The notes: generated from the sequence alone by a model not told the origin. 31,178 bases of DNA from Pseudomonadota bacterium (GCA_043718025.1 JAYSWN010000093.1:1-31178); one strand, 5' to 3'. Shown: positions 18,086 to 27,812, counted from the first letter of the stretch. Numbers and translations are program-made.

Positions 18086-19561
18086 TTATTTACTTCGAAG
18101 CTGCGCTGTGCGCGAGACCGTTGGCCGTTGTCGATTTGGCGCCTTGCTGGCCACCCCGCGAATCACGACGCTATCCATGGTTCTCATGCCCGCCGCCAAG
18201 TGCACGGCTTTACGCGAGTGCGTGGGCACTTGGTAGCAAAGGTTGGCGATCACTAGCAGCGCAATCACCGGGGCCGCCGCGGGCCGCTGGTATAAGCGGT
18301 ATATCGGATAGGTGGCGGCCAAGGCTAGTAGCGGGAGGTAAATCATAACCATCCGCGCGGTCGCGAAGTTCATAACGTTTCCCGTATCAAAAGCGTATTG
18401 GCCGATGGTCACCGAAGCCAATCCCAACATCGTAAAGCCGACCGCTTTAACCCCGATGGGGTCTTGTTTGGTGAGCCGCTGCCATTGCGATGCGAGTAGC
18501 GCCATGCCGGCCAAGGCCACTAAAGAAAAGATCTGCGACGACAATAAAAAGGCGTTTTTTGGATTTAAAAGAAAGCCGACCGCTTCTCCGAAATTGTCCA
18601 CAAACAGGGTGGGGCTAAAAGAATTAAACAGAAAATGATTCGCGCTCACCATGCAGGCTACCGGTACGCAAAGCAGCGGCAACACCATGGTGCGCCAGTC
18701 TGGCTTTTCGGCCAAAATCTTTTTACGGTTCTGATACGCGGCGACAAGCAAAGGTACCGCGAAGAGGAAAGATGAGGGGCGGCACTGCGCCGCTAAAATC
18801 ACCAGCACCGCCGTTAATTCCCAACGATTCAGCGTCGGCGCCTGCAAAAAGCGGAAAAGCTGATAAGCCGCTGCCGCTAAAAATAGGGCGTTAATTAATT
18901 CTGGATTATTGCTCGTGACTAGAATTCCAAATAACGGAAATGAAGCCAAAAGCGCTACGCCAATCACGCCGTAGGTACGGCTCTTAAATTGTTTCTCCCC
19001 GAAACGTACCAACGCCCCCAAGAGCAACGAAGAGGCCACGAAATTTACCCACAAGAGATGGGCATCACGGTAGCCAAACAGCGAATGAAATAGGCTGGCC
19101 AAGAACGGAAACAGCGCGGGACCGCGACCATTACCTATGCTCGAGGTCTGGTGTAAGGTTTGTGAAACCGCCGTCCAGTAACTCTCTTCAGCCGGCAGTC
19201 GGACTCCGGTGCCTACCGAATAGAAAAGAAATGCCGTCACCGCGACGCCAATCAGAGTGGGAACCGAATAGGCCGAGCTAAATGAAAATTTAATTTGATC
19301 GCCGTAAAGCTCGCGAAAGGCGCTCCAGCCAACCGCCAAAGTTAACCACAACGAAAAATAGACCGTGGCCGAGTAAAAGGAACCGAGATCCATAAAACCT
19401 GACGCGCTCAAAGCAAAGAGCGTCGCAAAGAATGCCGACGTTCCCACCATCGACCAGCGCCGTTGCCGATCTAAGAGGGTTGCACTCGCGCGGCCTACTC
19501 CGGCGACTAACCTCAAGTTATGATTTTCGCGATTCATGGATAGCTTTTTGGCAGTATTCAT
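18086..19561 (-). CDS. Polytopic membrane protein, GT-C fold glycosyltransferase-like (ArnT/PMT family)
   Basis: More than 10 TM segments; acidic loop motif AEESY; P.LFP.L.S....LFG; LLASFP; CRP. ATG 19561 is preceded by GAGGTG. Confidence 0.65.
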   Translation of the reverse strand: MNTAKKLSMNRENHNLRLVAGVGRASATLLDRQRRWSMVGTSAFFATLFALSASGFMDLGSFYSATVYFSLWLTLAVGWSAFRELYGDQIKFSFSSAYSVPTLIGVAVTAFLFYSVGTGVRLPAEESYWTAVSQTLHQTSSIGNGRGPALFPFLASLFHSLFGYRDAHLLWVNFVASSLLLGALVRFGEKQFKSRTYGVIGVALLASFPLFGILVTSNNPELINALFLAAAAYQLFRFLQAPTLNRWELTAVLVILAAQCRPSSFLFAVPLLVAAYQNRKKILAEKPDWRTMVLPLLCVPVACMVSANHFLFNSFSPTLFVDNFGEAVGFLLNPKNAFLLSSQIFSLVALAGMALLASQWQRLTKQDPIGVKAVGFTMLGLASVTIGQYAFDTGNVMNFATARMVMIYLPLLALAATYPIYRLYQRPAAAPVIALLVIANLCYQVPTHSRKAVHLAAGMRTMDSVVIRGVASKAPNRQRPTVSRTAQLRSK

Positions 19562-19694
19562 TCGCTTCACCTCAGTTACGTATCGATTGCGCTAAAAAAT
19601 GGGATTGGTGGGGAGACTTCCCCTCCGAAAACACGCTAGACCTTAAGCCTACGCGCCGATTATTCGGAAATTGTGGCGCCAGCGTGTTTTAAAC

Positions 19695-19707
19695 CAAGCT
19701 CTTGATT
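19695..19707. promoter_or_regulatory. IHF consensus site
   Basis: CAA-GCTC-TTGAT-T is an exact match to YAANNNNTTGATW in an AT-rich divergent intergenic region. Confidence 0.45.
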
Positions 19708-19780
19708 TTAAATAACTTTATTAGACTTTATGGCCTTTCCTCGGCAGCCCAAGTTTGCCCATTTAGAATCCGCAGATCTT

Positions 19781-19796
19781 TGCTACACTGGCCAGC
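19781..19796 (+). promoter_or_regulatory. Extended -10 promoter for ispH, probably leaderless
   Basis: TG-C-TACACT (19781-19789) lies 7 nt before ATG 19797; no SD. Confidence 0.55.
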
Positions 19797-20738
19797 ATGA
19801 AGATTTTGTTAGCTAACCCGCGCGGCTTTTGCGCCGGCGTGAATATGGCCATCGAGAGCCTAAATCAAGCGCTCGAAATTTTTGGTGCGCCGGTTTACGT
19901 CTTCCACGAAATTGTTCACAACCGTACCGTGGTCGAGCGGTTCACAAAAAAAGGGGTGATTTTTGTAGACCACATCAGCGACGTGCCAGAAGGGGCTCCG
20001 TTACTATTTAGCGCCCACGGCATTGCGCCCGAAATCCGACGGCAGTCGGCAGAACGCAACCTGAAATCGGTAGATGCCACCTGCCCGCTGGTCACCAAAG
20101 TGCATCTTGAAGCGCTCCGTTTTGCCAAAATGGGGTACCGCATTTTACTGATCGGCCATGCCGGCCACGATGAAGTGATTGGCACCATGGGCGAGGCCCC
20201 CGACTCGATCACTCTGATCGAAGACACGGACGACGTAGCGAAGTTGGATTTTCCCGCCGATACTAAACTGGCCTTTCTCACGCAGACCACCTTGAGCGTT
20301 GATGACGCCAATGTAGTGATCAAGGCATTGCGAGCAAAGTTTCCGAACCTACAAGGGCCGGCCAAAGACGATATTTGTTACGCCACCCAGAACCGGCAAG
20401 AGGCAGTTCACGTGCTGGCCGCCAAGGCAGACGTGGTTTTGGTGCTAGGGAGTCAAAACAGCTCGAACAGTTTACGTCTGCGCGAGATCGCCCGGATCAT
20501 GGGCAAACCCTCTTATTTAATCGATAACGTAAATGAGATTCAGCTCGACTGGTTTGATCAGAACGACACCGTTCTGGTTACCGCAGGCGCGAGTGCGCCC
20601 GAAGATGTGGTGCAAGACTGCCTCGATTTTTTGAGCACAACTTTCAATGCCGAAGTGGTTTCTGAAGTGGTGCGCGAAGAGCACGTCACTTTTGCTCCGC
20701 CCAAAGAATTGAGAAGCGGCACCTACCGAGCCATTTAG
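19797..20738 (+). CDS. ispH: 4-hydroxy-3-methylbut-2-enyl diphosphate reductase
   Basis: PRGFCAGV, IVHN, SAHG, DATCPLV, DICYATQNRQ, SSNS, TAGASAP. Confidence 0.98.
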   Translation: MKILLANPRGFCAGVNMAIESLNQALEIFGAPVYVFHEIVHNRTVVERFTKKGVIFVDHISDVPEGAPLLFSAHGIAPEIRRQSAERNLKSVDATCPLVTKVHLEALRFAKMGYRILLIGHAGHDEVIGTMGEAPDSITLIEDTDDVAKLDFPADTKLAFLTQTTLSVDDANVVIKALRAKFPNLQGPAKDDICYATQNRQEAVHVLAAKADVVLVLGSQNSSNSLRLREIARIMGKPSYLIDNVNEIQLDWFDQNDTVLVTAGASAPEDVVQDCLDFLSTTFNAEVVSEVVREEHVTFAPPKELRSGTYRAI

Positions 20739-20745
20739 AACCTGG

Positions 20746-21702
20746 TCAAAGTTGTAGTAAAGCGGCAAAACTCGCTACATCAATGTTAGCGCCGCAGACC
20801 AACGCCACCACTTTTTTCCCGGCCAAGCGCGCCTTAAGCGGACCACAAATCGCCGCCAAGGAAGCGGCACCGGCGGGCTCGACCGCAAGCTTGGCCTCCA
20901 GAAACAGAACCTGCATTGCGGATCTCATCTGGGCGTCGCTAACTTTAACCAACCCATCCACGTTTTTGAGGCACAGCTCCAAAACCAACTCACCGGTCAT
21001 CGGGGCCCCGAGGCTATCGGCGATGGATTTAATTTCATTCAAACGTTCCGGCTTTCCCGACTGAAAACTGCGGTGCATGACGTCTGATCCTTCCGGCTCA
21101 ACGCCAAAGACCTGACACTTCGGATTGATCAATTTCACCGCAGTGGCGATTCCGGCGCACAGTCCGCCCCCCCCGATGGGTACCACCACGCCATCGGCGT
21201 TGGACACCTGATCCATAATTTCAAGGCCGACACCACTGGTGCCCAAAACAGTAGGAAGCCCTTCAAAGGGATGGACGAAGAAGCGACCCTCCGCCGTCTG
21301 AATAGTGGCCGCGCGATCGAAACAGCGCTGGATATCGGGCTCAGTAACCACCTCGGCCCCAAAACGTTGACACAGTTCACGTCGCCGCCGATTGGCCGTA
21401 ACCGGCATCACCACCTTGGCGGAGGTCTTCAGTTGCTTCGCAACGTAAGCGACGGCGACGGCGTGGTTTCCCCCACTTACGGCGGTAACCCCTTTGGAAA
21501 GTTGTTCTTTCGATAACTGCCGCATCACATTGAAGGCGCCGCGCGCCTTAAACGTGCCGGTCACTTGAAAGAGCTCTAACTTTAGTACGATTTCAATTCC
21601 CAGATCTTGCGAAACGCTGGTTAGCGGCCAGATTGGTGTCTGGCGCACAAAAGGGGCGAGCTCACGGTAAGTCTTTTGAATCTGCTCAAGGGTCATTCGC
21701 AT
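20746..21702 (-). CDS. PLP-dependent serine/threonine dehydratase (fold type II, no regulatory domain)
   Basis: KLELFQVTGTFKARG, SGGNHA, PIGGGGL, GVEP, VEPAGAA, CGAN; start moved to MRMT (21702 or 21696). Confidence 0.9.
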   Translation of the reverse strand: MRMTLEQIQKTYRELAPFVRQTPIWPLTSVSQDLGIEIVLKLELFQVTGTFKARGAFNVMRQLSKEQLSKGVTAVSGGNHAVAVAYVAKQLKTSAKVVMPVTANRRRRELCQRFGAEVVTEPDIQRCFDRAATIQTAEGRFFVHPFEGLPTVLGTSGVGLEIMDQVSNADGVVVPIGGGGLCAGIATAVKLINPKCQVFGVEPEGSDVMHRSFQSGKPERLNEIKSIADSLGAPMTGELVLELCLKNVDGLVKVSDAQMRSAMQVLFLEAKLAVEPAGAASLAAICGPLKARLAGKKVVALVCGANIDVASFAALLQL

Positions 21703-21809
21703 GAGACGTAATAAAACATAAATTGGTGACCACGCCCAACCGCAAAAACCCCAAGCGTCCCGCACCGTTTTTCGTGCAAAAAGTTGAAAACTAAGCTTTA
21801 TTGCCCCCC

Positions 21810-22733
21810 ATGAAATTAGCAATGATTGGTCTCGGAAAAATGGGCGGCAACATGGCTCGTCGGCTATCACGTGCGGGAATCGAGTTGGTGCTGCTCGATC
21901 AAAACCCCACGGTGACCCAGAAAATTGCCCAAGAAACCGGGGGGGTAGCGGCTCTGAATTTGAGCGATTTGGTGGCGAAATACGACGGCCCCCGCTTTAT
22001 TTGGCTGATGTTGCCCTCGGGGCAGATCACCCAGACGGCGATCGACAGCCTCACCCAGTTGCTTAAACCCGGAGATACGATCATCGACGGCGCCAACTCG
22101 TTTTACAAAGACTCGCAACGGCGCGCCAAGGAGCTCGCCGCGAAAGGGATTCACTTTTTAGACGTAGGCGTTTCCGGCGGCGTGTGGGGCGAAAAAAATG
22201 GCTACGCGTTAATGTTCGGCGGACCGCATGACGCCGTCTACGCAATGGAGTCGGTGTTTAAGGCGCTAGCACCAGCCCCCGATCACGGCTGGTTGCATTG
22301 CGGCCCCGCCGGCAGTGGCCACTTCGTGAAGATGATTCATAATGGAATCGAGTACGGGATGATGCAGTCATTTGCCGAAGGCCTTAGCCTGCTTCACGGC
22401 AAATCTGAATTTAATCTTGATCTGGGTGCGGTGACCGAAATGTGGCGCCACGGCAGCGTTGTAAGATCGTGGCTGCTCGACCTCACCGCCGAATTTTTGA
22501 AGGACGAAGGCTCGCTGCAAAACATTGCCCCCGTGGTGGCTGATTCTGGCGAAGGGCGCTGGACGGTTTTAGAGAGTGTGGAGCAAGGAATTCCGGCGCC
22601 AGTAATGTCGCTAGCGTTGATGTCGCGCTTTAGCTCTCAGGGTAAAGACGATTACGGCTCGAAGCTACTCGCCATGATGCGAAACGCCTTCGGCGGCCAC
22701 ACTACGCAAGCAGCCGTTCCAAAAGCAGAGTAA
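21810..22733 (+). CDS. gnd: 6-phosphogluconate dehydrogenase, decarboxylating (short YqeC-like type)
   Basis: IGLGKMG, VSGGVWG, GHFVKMIHNGIEYG, DSGEGRWT, MRNAFGGH. Confidence 0.95.
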   Translation: MKLAMIGLGKMGGNMARRLSRAGIELVLLDQNPTVTQKIAQETGGVAALNLSDLVAKYDGPRFIWLMLPSGQITQTAIDSLTQLLKPGDTIIDGANSFYKDSQRRAKELAAKGIHFLDVGVSGGVWGEKNGYALMFGGPHDAVYAMESVFKALAPAPDHGWLHCGPAGSGHFVKMIHNGIEYGMMQSFAEGLSLLHGKSEFNLDLGAVTEMWRHGSVVRSWLLDLTAEFLKDEGSLQNIAPVVADSGEGRWTVLESVEQGIPAPVMSLALMSRFSSQGKDDYGSKLLAMMRNAFGGHTTQAAVPKAE

Positions 22734-24027
22734 ATACCAAAATTGCCGTTCCTAAAATCGTTTCAAGTAGCGTCCACGTTAAGAACGTAAGCCGCAACGT
22801 CATGCCGAAATACTCTTTAATGAGCCAGAAACCGGCGTCGTTTACGTGCGAAAGCATTAACGCCCCGCCACCCGTGGCGAGCACCATTAATTCGGGACTC
22901 ACCCCGGTTTGAATGGTGAGGGGAGCCACGATCCCCGCCGCCGTGGTCATGGCAACCGTAGCCGAACCCGTGGCCACTCGAATTAGGGTAGCGACCAACC
23001 ACGCCAAAATAAGGGGGTTCATGTGAAATTGTTTAGCCAACTCGGCAATGTAAGCCCCCGCACCACTCTCAACGAGCACCTTACTAAAAGCGCCACCGGC
23101 GCCAAGAATAAGGAGAATACTGGCAATGAGCAGAAGCGATGAGTCGCCGTGTTTTTGGATCTGCATGAAGGTCATGCCACGCGCGATCCCAAAGGTATAA
23201 AAGCTAACCAGTAAGGCTATCAGCAAGGCGGTGATCGGGTTTCCCACGAATTTAAAAATCGGGTACCACTGATTGGTTTTTGGCAAATAAACGTCGGCGT
23301 AAGTGGCGAACATGAGCAGAATCACCGGCAGCAAAATCGTGAATAGGGTGACGAAAAAACTGGGTTGAGTTTTGGTCAACTCCTTTTGCTTTGCCTGCGT
23401 AACCCGAACCTCGTTGAATCCGGCAAACTTGGGAGCAAGTAGCGTGGCAAAAAGCGGCCCCGCCAAAATTGCCGAAGGCAGACCTACGAACAGACCGTAG
23501 AGAATCGTCTTTCCGATATCCGCTTTAAAAATATCGACGCTGGCAAGCGCCGCTGGATGCGGAGGCAGAATACCGTGCACGACAGAAAGTCCGGCCAACA
23601 TTGGCAGGCCCACGCGCAACGATGGAATCTTGAGCTCTTTCGTAATCGTGAAAATAAGCGGGATGAGAAGTACGAAACCCACCTGAAAGAACACCGGAAT
23701 ACCCACGATAAAGGCGACGATAAACATCGCCCAGTGCACGCGCTTGGGCCCCATGAGATCGATTAGGGTGCGCGCAATACGCTCAGCGCCCCCTGATTCT
23801 TCAAGCAGTTTCCCGAGCATCGTGCCTAACCCCAACACGATACCGATAAATCCTAACGTATTGCCAAACCCCGCTTGCACGGCCTCGGCGATCTTGGTGA
23901 GGGGCATTCCAGAAAATAGCCCCACCCAAAAAGAGACAACGAGCAGGGAGACGAAGGGATGAATCTTTAGGATGGTGATCAGAGTCAGCAACAGTAAAAT
24001 GGCGACTAAAATATTAACGGCTAACAC
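22702..24027 (-). CDS. gntP: Gluconate:H+ symporter, GntP family
   Basis: LGKLLEESGGAERIA, LPPHP, IRVATGSATVA, SHVNDAGFW. Confidence 0.93.
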   Translation of the reverse strand: MLAVNILVAILLLLTLITILKIHPFVSLLVVSFWVGLFSGMPLTKIAEAVQAGFGNTLGFIGIVLGLGTMLGKLLEESGGAERIARTLIDLMGPKRVHWAMFIVAFIVGIPVFFQVGFVLLIPLIFTITKELKIPSLRVGLPMLAGLSVVHGILPPHPAALASVDIFKADIGKTILYGLFVGLPSAILAGPLFATLLAPKFAGFNEVRVTQAKQKELTKTQPSFFVTLFTILLPVILLMFATYADVYLPKTNQWYPIFKFVGNPITALLIALLVSFYTFGIARGMTFMQIQKHGDSSLLLIASILLILGAGGAFSKVLVESGAGAYIAELAKQFHMNPLILAWLVATLIRVATGSATVAMTTAAGIVAPLTIQTGVSPELMVLATGGGALMLSHVNDAGFWLIKEYFGMTLRLTFLTWTLLETILGTAILVFTLLLERLLA

Positions 24028-24040
24028 GGGGGACTCCTAC

Positions 24041-25612
24041 TTAGTGTTTTGGCTTCGTATTTTGGGAAAGTTCGTTTTGCAAGGCCGAGATCTCTTCGAA
24101 GTCGTCAACCAGGCTGCGATAGACCCGCTCGTAAATGCGAAACAACTTTTTGTAAACTTCGTGATTTACTGGATTGGGAGTAAAGACCGCTCGCGGTTTG
24201 CCAACTAGATCTCTAATTGCGGCCGCCGACTTCAAGTGACCGGTCGCCAGCATGCCTAAGGCCGCGGCGCCAAAAACACTCCCTTCGGGCTCACCGGGCA
24301 AGATGATGGGATGGCCGAAAACATCGGCCATCATCTGCACCCAAAAGTGAGAGCGGGTGAATGAGCCACTGGCGCGAATTTCGACTTTAGCGTTGGTTTC
24401 ATCGGGAACTAAATTTCGTAAAGAATTTAAAACCGAGAACATCGAGTAGAGCACCCCTTCGAGGGTCGCCCGAATGAGGTGGCGCTTGCCATGGTTCATG
24501 TTCAAACCAAAAAGCACGCCGCGTGCGTTGGCGTTCCAATGCGGTGATCGCTCGCCCATGAGAAACGGCAAAAACACCAGGCCGTCCGAACCGGCCGGCT
24601 TTTGTTCCGCATAACGTGAGAGCACGTCGTAAGCGTCGAGATTCAATTTCTTAGCGACGAATTGCTCGTTGGCGGCAAACTTATCGCGCGCCCAGCGGAA
24701 CGCCATGCCGCCGTTATTAATGGCGCCACCCACGACCCAAATATCTTCGGTGAGGTTGTAGCACCAGTTTTTCGTTTTCTTATCGGTTCGAGGTTTATCC
24801 GTACACAAACGGACGGCCCCGCTGGTGCCAATCATCGCGGTATATTGTCCGGGACCAATGGCTCCCGCGCCTAACGTCGATAACACTCCATCGCCAGCCC
24901 CCACCACGAGCCTTACGCTGGCGGGCAGGCCTAACAAGTCGTTCGACCACTTCGGAAAAATATAAGTGGTGGGCCGCACTTCAGAAAGTTTGGACTCGGA
25001 CAGACCGAGAAATCGCAACGCTTCCTCATCCCACGCTAAGGCTTGGGAGTTGAAAACGCCGGTGCCCGTAGCCAGGCTTCGATCGACGACGAATTGGCCC
25101 GACAAGCGGTGAAGAATAAACTCTTTAATCGAGACGAACTTATGGGCGGTCGCAAACAGTTCTGGCTGGTGGCGCTTAAACCACAACAGTTTCGCAAACG
25201 GGTACATGGGGTGAAGCGGGCACGCGGTGCGCGCATAAAGTGCATCAACGTCGAGCCCTTCGCGAATCTCGCCTAAGCAACTTTGGGCGCGGGAGTCGGC
25301 GAAGATGAGCATCGGGTGGAGGGGTTTGCCCTCCTGGTTGACCGGAAAAATACTGTGGAAAACGGCGCTAAAGGTAAGCGCCCGGATCTGCTCTACCGGT
25401 TGGGCAAAGCCCTTGAGAGCCTCGGCTAGAGTGCTGAGAAAGGCCGAATGGATCGCTTCGGGGTCTTGCTCGGCCCAGCCAACCTGCGGAACTTGCAAAG
25501 CATATTCAGAACTTGCCGACGCGGCTAAGCCACCGGCGGTGTCATAAATCGAGACCCGGCAACCGGTGGTGCCTATATCGGCGCCCATGTAGTAAGAAGT
25601 TTTTAAAGTCAT
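24041..25612 (-). CDS. gntK: Gluconokinase, FGGY carbohydrate kinase family
   Basis: GADIGTT, AEQDP, PLHPMYP, GAGDG, IGTSGAVR, GGAINNGG, PFLMGERSPHWN; adjacent to gntP and gnd. Start 25612 or 25639. Confidence 0.88.
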   Translation of the reverse strand: MTLKTSYYMGADIGTTGCRVSIYDTAGGLAASASSEYALQVPQVGWAEQDPEAIHSAFLSTLAEALKGFAQPVEQIRALTFSAVFHSIFPVNQEGKPLHPMLIFADSRAQSCLGEIREGLDVDALYARTACPLHPMYPFAKLLWFKRHQPELFATAHKFVSIKEFILHRLSGQFVVDRSLATGTGVFNSQALAWDEEALRFLGLSESKLSEVRPTTYIFPKWSNDLLGLPASVRLVVGAGDGVLSTLGAGAIGPGQYTAMIGTSGAVRLCTDKPRTDKKTKNWCYNLTEDIWVVGGAINNGGMAFRWARDKFAANEQFVAKKLNLDAYDVLSRYAEQKPAGSDGLVFLPFLMGERSPHWNANARGVLFGLNMNHGKRHLIRATLEGVLYSMFSVLNSLRNLVPDETNAKVEIRASGSFTRSHFWVQMMADVFGHPIILPGEPEGSVFGAAALGMLATGHLKSAAAIRDLVGKPRAVFTPNPVNHEVYKKLFRIYERVYRSLVDDFEEISALQNELSQNTKPKH

Positions 25613-25788
25613 GCGCCGCGTCGTAATAGCCCGGATCACATGCGTAAAACAAGTTTTGTTTAAGATTCAACGGCGGGAGGTCACTGAATCTAAAATAACC
25701 ACGCTGATGCAAACCGATAAGAAGCCCCTACCGATACCAATTCGTAGATGAGGCGACGACCGACGCAGGGAGAAAAAACTAAACGTCT

Positions 25789-26922
25789 CTAAGGCTTATT
25801 TCGCCCGCGCCCGGTGAAAAACTGTCCGACCCGCCTTAAGAAATTCCCACACGCTTGGACACCGTTCTTCGCCACGTTTTGCGCTAAGTCACCCGCCGAC
25901 ACGAGATCCGGATTCGTCCAACGAGATTTAGCGGTCCACCACAGAATCCCGCCAGAGGCGACGGCGAAATAGACGGGAGCCCAGACGCCGTGGATGCCAA
26001 ACGCCTGATTCATTTCTTCTGAATTTAGCGCTAGGGCTGCCGCAAACAGAACACTGATCGTCAGGTTTTGTAGATCAAAAACATGGTTATTTCTAGGCTC
26101 CAGTCCCGCCGCTTGCGGGGGGCCCATGCGCGCCGCCATTTCTAGACCGAGGGCCGCCGGTGCCAGGGTGGCGCCAATATTCATCGCAATTCCAATCAGT
26201 GTCGCAGTTGAGTATTCGAAAACCCCGGTGAACGCGAAGTCTGTGAGTCGATAGATAAGCACTGAGCTAAGCGTGCACAAAACTCGCTTCGGCCAAGAAT
26301 TGAGGAATGTGCGATACAGAAGATCGCCTACGTTCATTCCAAAATTGGGAAAGAACCGGTTTTTATTCCAATCGGCGTACGAAAGATCGGCCACGCGAAA
26401 TCCAAACAATTGAAAAAAACCGTTTACGCTGCCGTGCACGGCTGCGTTGGTAATGGCCCGACCCCATTCGTAGTCCACCCCGTGTACATTATCCTTGAGT
26501 AGGATAATGGCTGCGGCAATTGAGCCGCCGGCCACTACGCGACAGATCAATAGTTTAATGCGCCAAGAAGCTTTCGGCAGGTAACTCGGTCGGCCGGGGG
26601 TCAAAGGAGGCGGGGCGGGAGGACGAGCTGCCACCGTCTCATGCGAAAGGTGGTTCCCCACGCTGGGATCAGCTACCAATTTCAATAGCTCTTCGGCGTT
26701 GGGGAGTTGCAAATGAGTGCTCTGCACGACGGAGTCGGGCCCCACCTCCGCAATTCGCACTTGCTCAGCGCCGTTGGGAAACATTGCCTCAATGGCTTCC
26801 ACCGCGTCGTTAGCATTCTCGGCCGGAAGGTTAAAGAGTCGCGCCGTAGCGTCAGACTCGTCCGCCCCACGCAGGTTCCCGCAGAGGAGTAGAACAAGGC
26901 TGAGTAAGAACACACGGTGCAT
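25789..26922 (-). CDS. Hypothetical exported multi-TM protein with Pro-rich linker
   Basis: ATG 26922 with GAGGTG SD; signal peptide; RPPAPPPLTPG linker; several hydrophobic helices; no family recognised. Confidence 0.65.
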   Translation of the reverse strand: MHRVFLLSLVLLLCGNLRGADESDATARLFNLPAENANDAVEAIEAMFPNGAEQVRIAEVGPDSVVQSTHLQLPNAEELLKLVADPSVGNHLSHETVAARPPAPPPLTPGRPSYLPKASWRIKLLICRVVAGGSIAAAIILLKDNVHGVDYEWGRAITNAAVHGSVNGFFQLFGFRVADLSYADWNKNRFFPNFGMNVGDLLYRTFLNSWPKRVLCTLSSVLIYRLTDFAFTGVFEYSTATLIGIAMNIGATLAPAALGLEMAARMGPPQAAGLEPRNNHVFDLQNLTISVLFAAALALNSEEMNQAFGIHGVWAPVYFAVASGGILWWTAKSRWTNPDLVSAGDLAQNVAKNGVQACGNFLRRVGQFFTGRGRNKP

Positions 26923-27023
26923 CGTCACCTCGATTAAAAAGTAGGGAACGCAGCAACCTAGCACCACAAGCCAGGACTTTAAAAGGAAGAATTGGCGCTT
27001 GCTCAAGTTCCTATTAGACTGCT

Positions 27024-27036
27024 TAAGACATTGATT
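27024..27036. promoter_or_regulatory. IHF consensus site
   Basis: TAA-GACA-TTGAT-T is an exact match to YAANNNNTTGATW. Confidence 0.45.
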
Positions 27037-27099
27037 TTATAAGGTTATGGCGATAAACCCTGGGTTCAATTGTCGCGTTGCGTTATCGCGCTTTTTGGA

Positions 27100-27723
27100 T
27101 TAACGGACATCGTGCACGCCATAACTGAAGGCCGTCTCTTGATTGGGCTCAGCAAGATCGATAAAGCTGCCATCAAGAATTCTTAGTGCGCTGACGTATT
27201 CCAAAACTTCAGTTTCCCCGCCGCCAACTTGTGAAACTCGTCTCACCTTAGGTAAGGTCTCTTTGTTTACTCGAATGGTTAAAGCTGGCCGCTCCAAAAA
27301 TGTGGTGTTTCCGATCACCCTCAATTTCTTACCATCCATCAGCTTTTTTAGAATTGGCAATACCTGGCGGTGTTCGGGGAATACGCTCGAATCGGGAATT
27401 AAATAAGGGGCTTGATATCCATCGGTCGCCAACTTAATCGTCAGCAGTTGCCTTGGCGGATAGAAGGTTCTGCAGATTGTCGCCGCTCCAATGCAACCAA
27501 CCGCAAGCGGCCAGACCTGCTCCATAAAATAGGTGGCGCATCCCCCGAGTACTGCCCCTCCGCCTATAAACAGAAGGTTGCGGGCGCCAGTGCCCCGTTC
27601 AAGATTGAGAGTGCCCTGGATGTCGGTGACCACTAAATCTTCAGACACGAACCGAACTTTTACCAAAGTGGCCGAAGCAGAAGTGAAGCAGGCTACAACG
27701 AGAAGCATCGCAACTGTTCTCAT
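27100..27723 (-). CDS. Hypothetical secreted or membrane protein
   Basis: AGGT SD; signal peptide ending ASA; internal Gly-rich hydrophobic hairpin. Confidence 0.65.
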   Translation of the reverse strand: MRTVAMLLVVACFTSASATLVKVRFVSEDLVVTDIQGTLNLERGTGARNLLFIGGGAVLGGCATYFMEQVWPLAVGCIGAATICRTFYPPRQLLTIKLATDGYQAPYLIPDSSVFPEHRQVLPILKKLMDGKKLRVIGNTTFLERPALTIRVNKETLPKVRRVSQVGGGETEVLEYVSALRILDGSFIDLAEPNQETAFSYGVHDVR

Positions 27724-27812
27724 CTACCTGGCGTAACACGGCTCGAAGAGCTTGAGTTAAAAATTGATGAGCTGGCGAAATTGGAGCGGGCGACGCCGTA
27801 GTGGGCGGACCA

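Noticed and set aside
25659..25694. AGATTCA/TGAATCT inverted repeat upstream of gntK as an operator
   Set aside because: Only 7-bp arms with a 15-bp gap, no regulator nearby and no second copy seen.
27050..27089. GCGATAA...TTATCGC with inner AACCC-T-GGGTT as an attC site or terminator
   Set aside because: No RYYYAAC/GTTRRRY pair, no U tract on the coding strand, and short arms.
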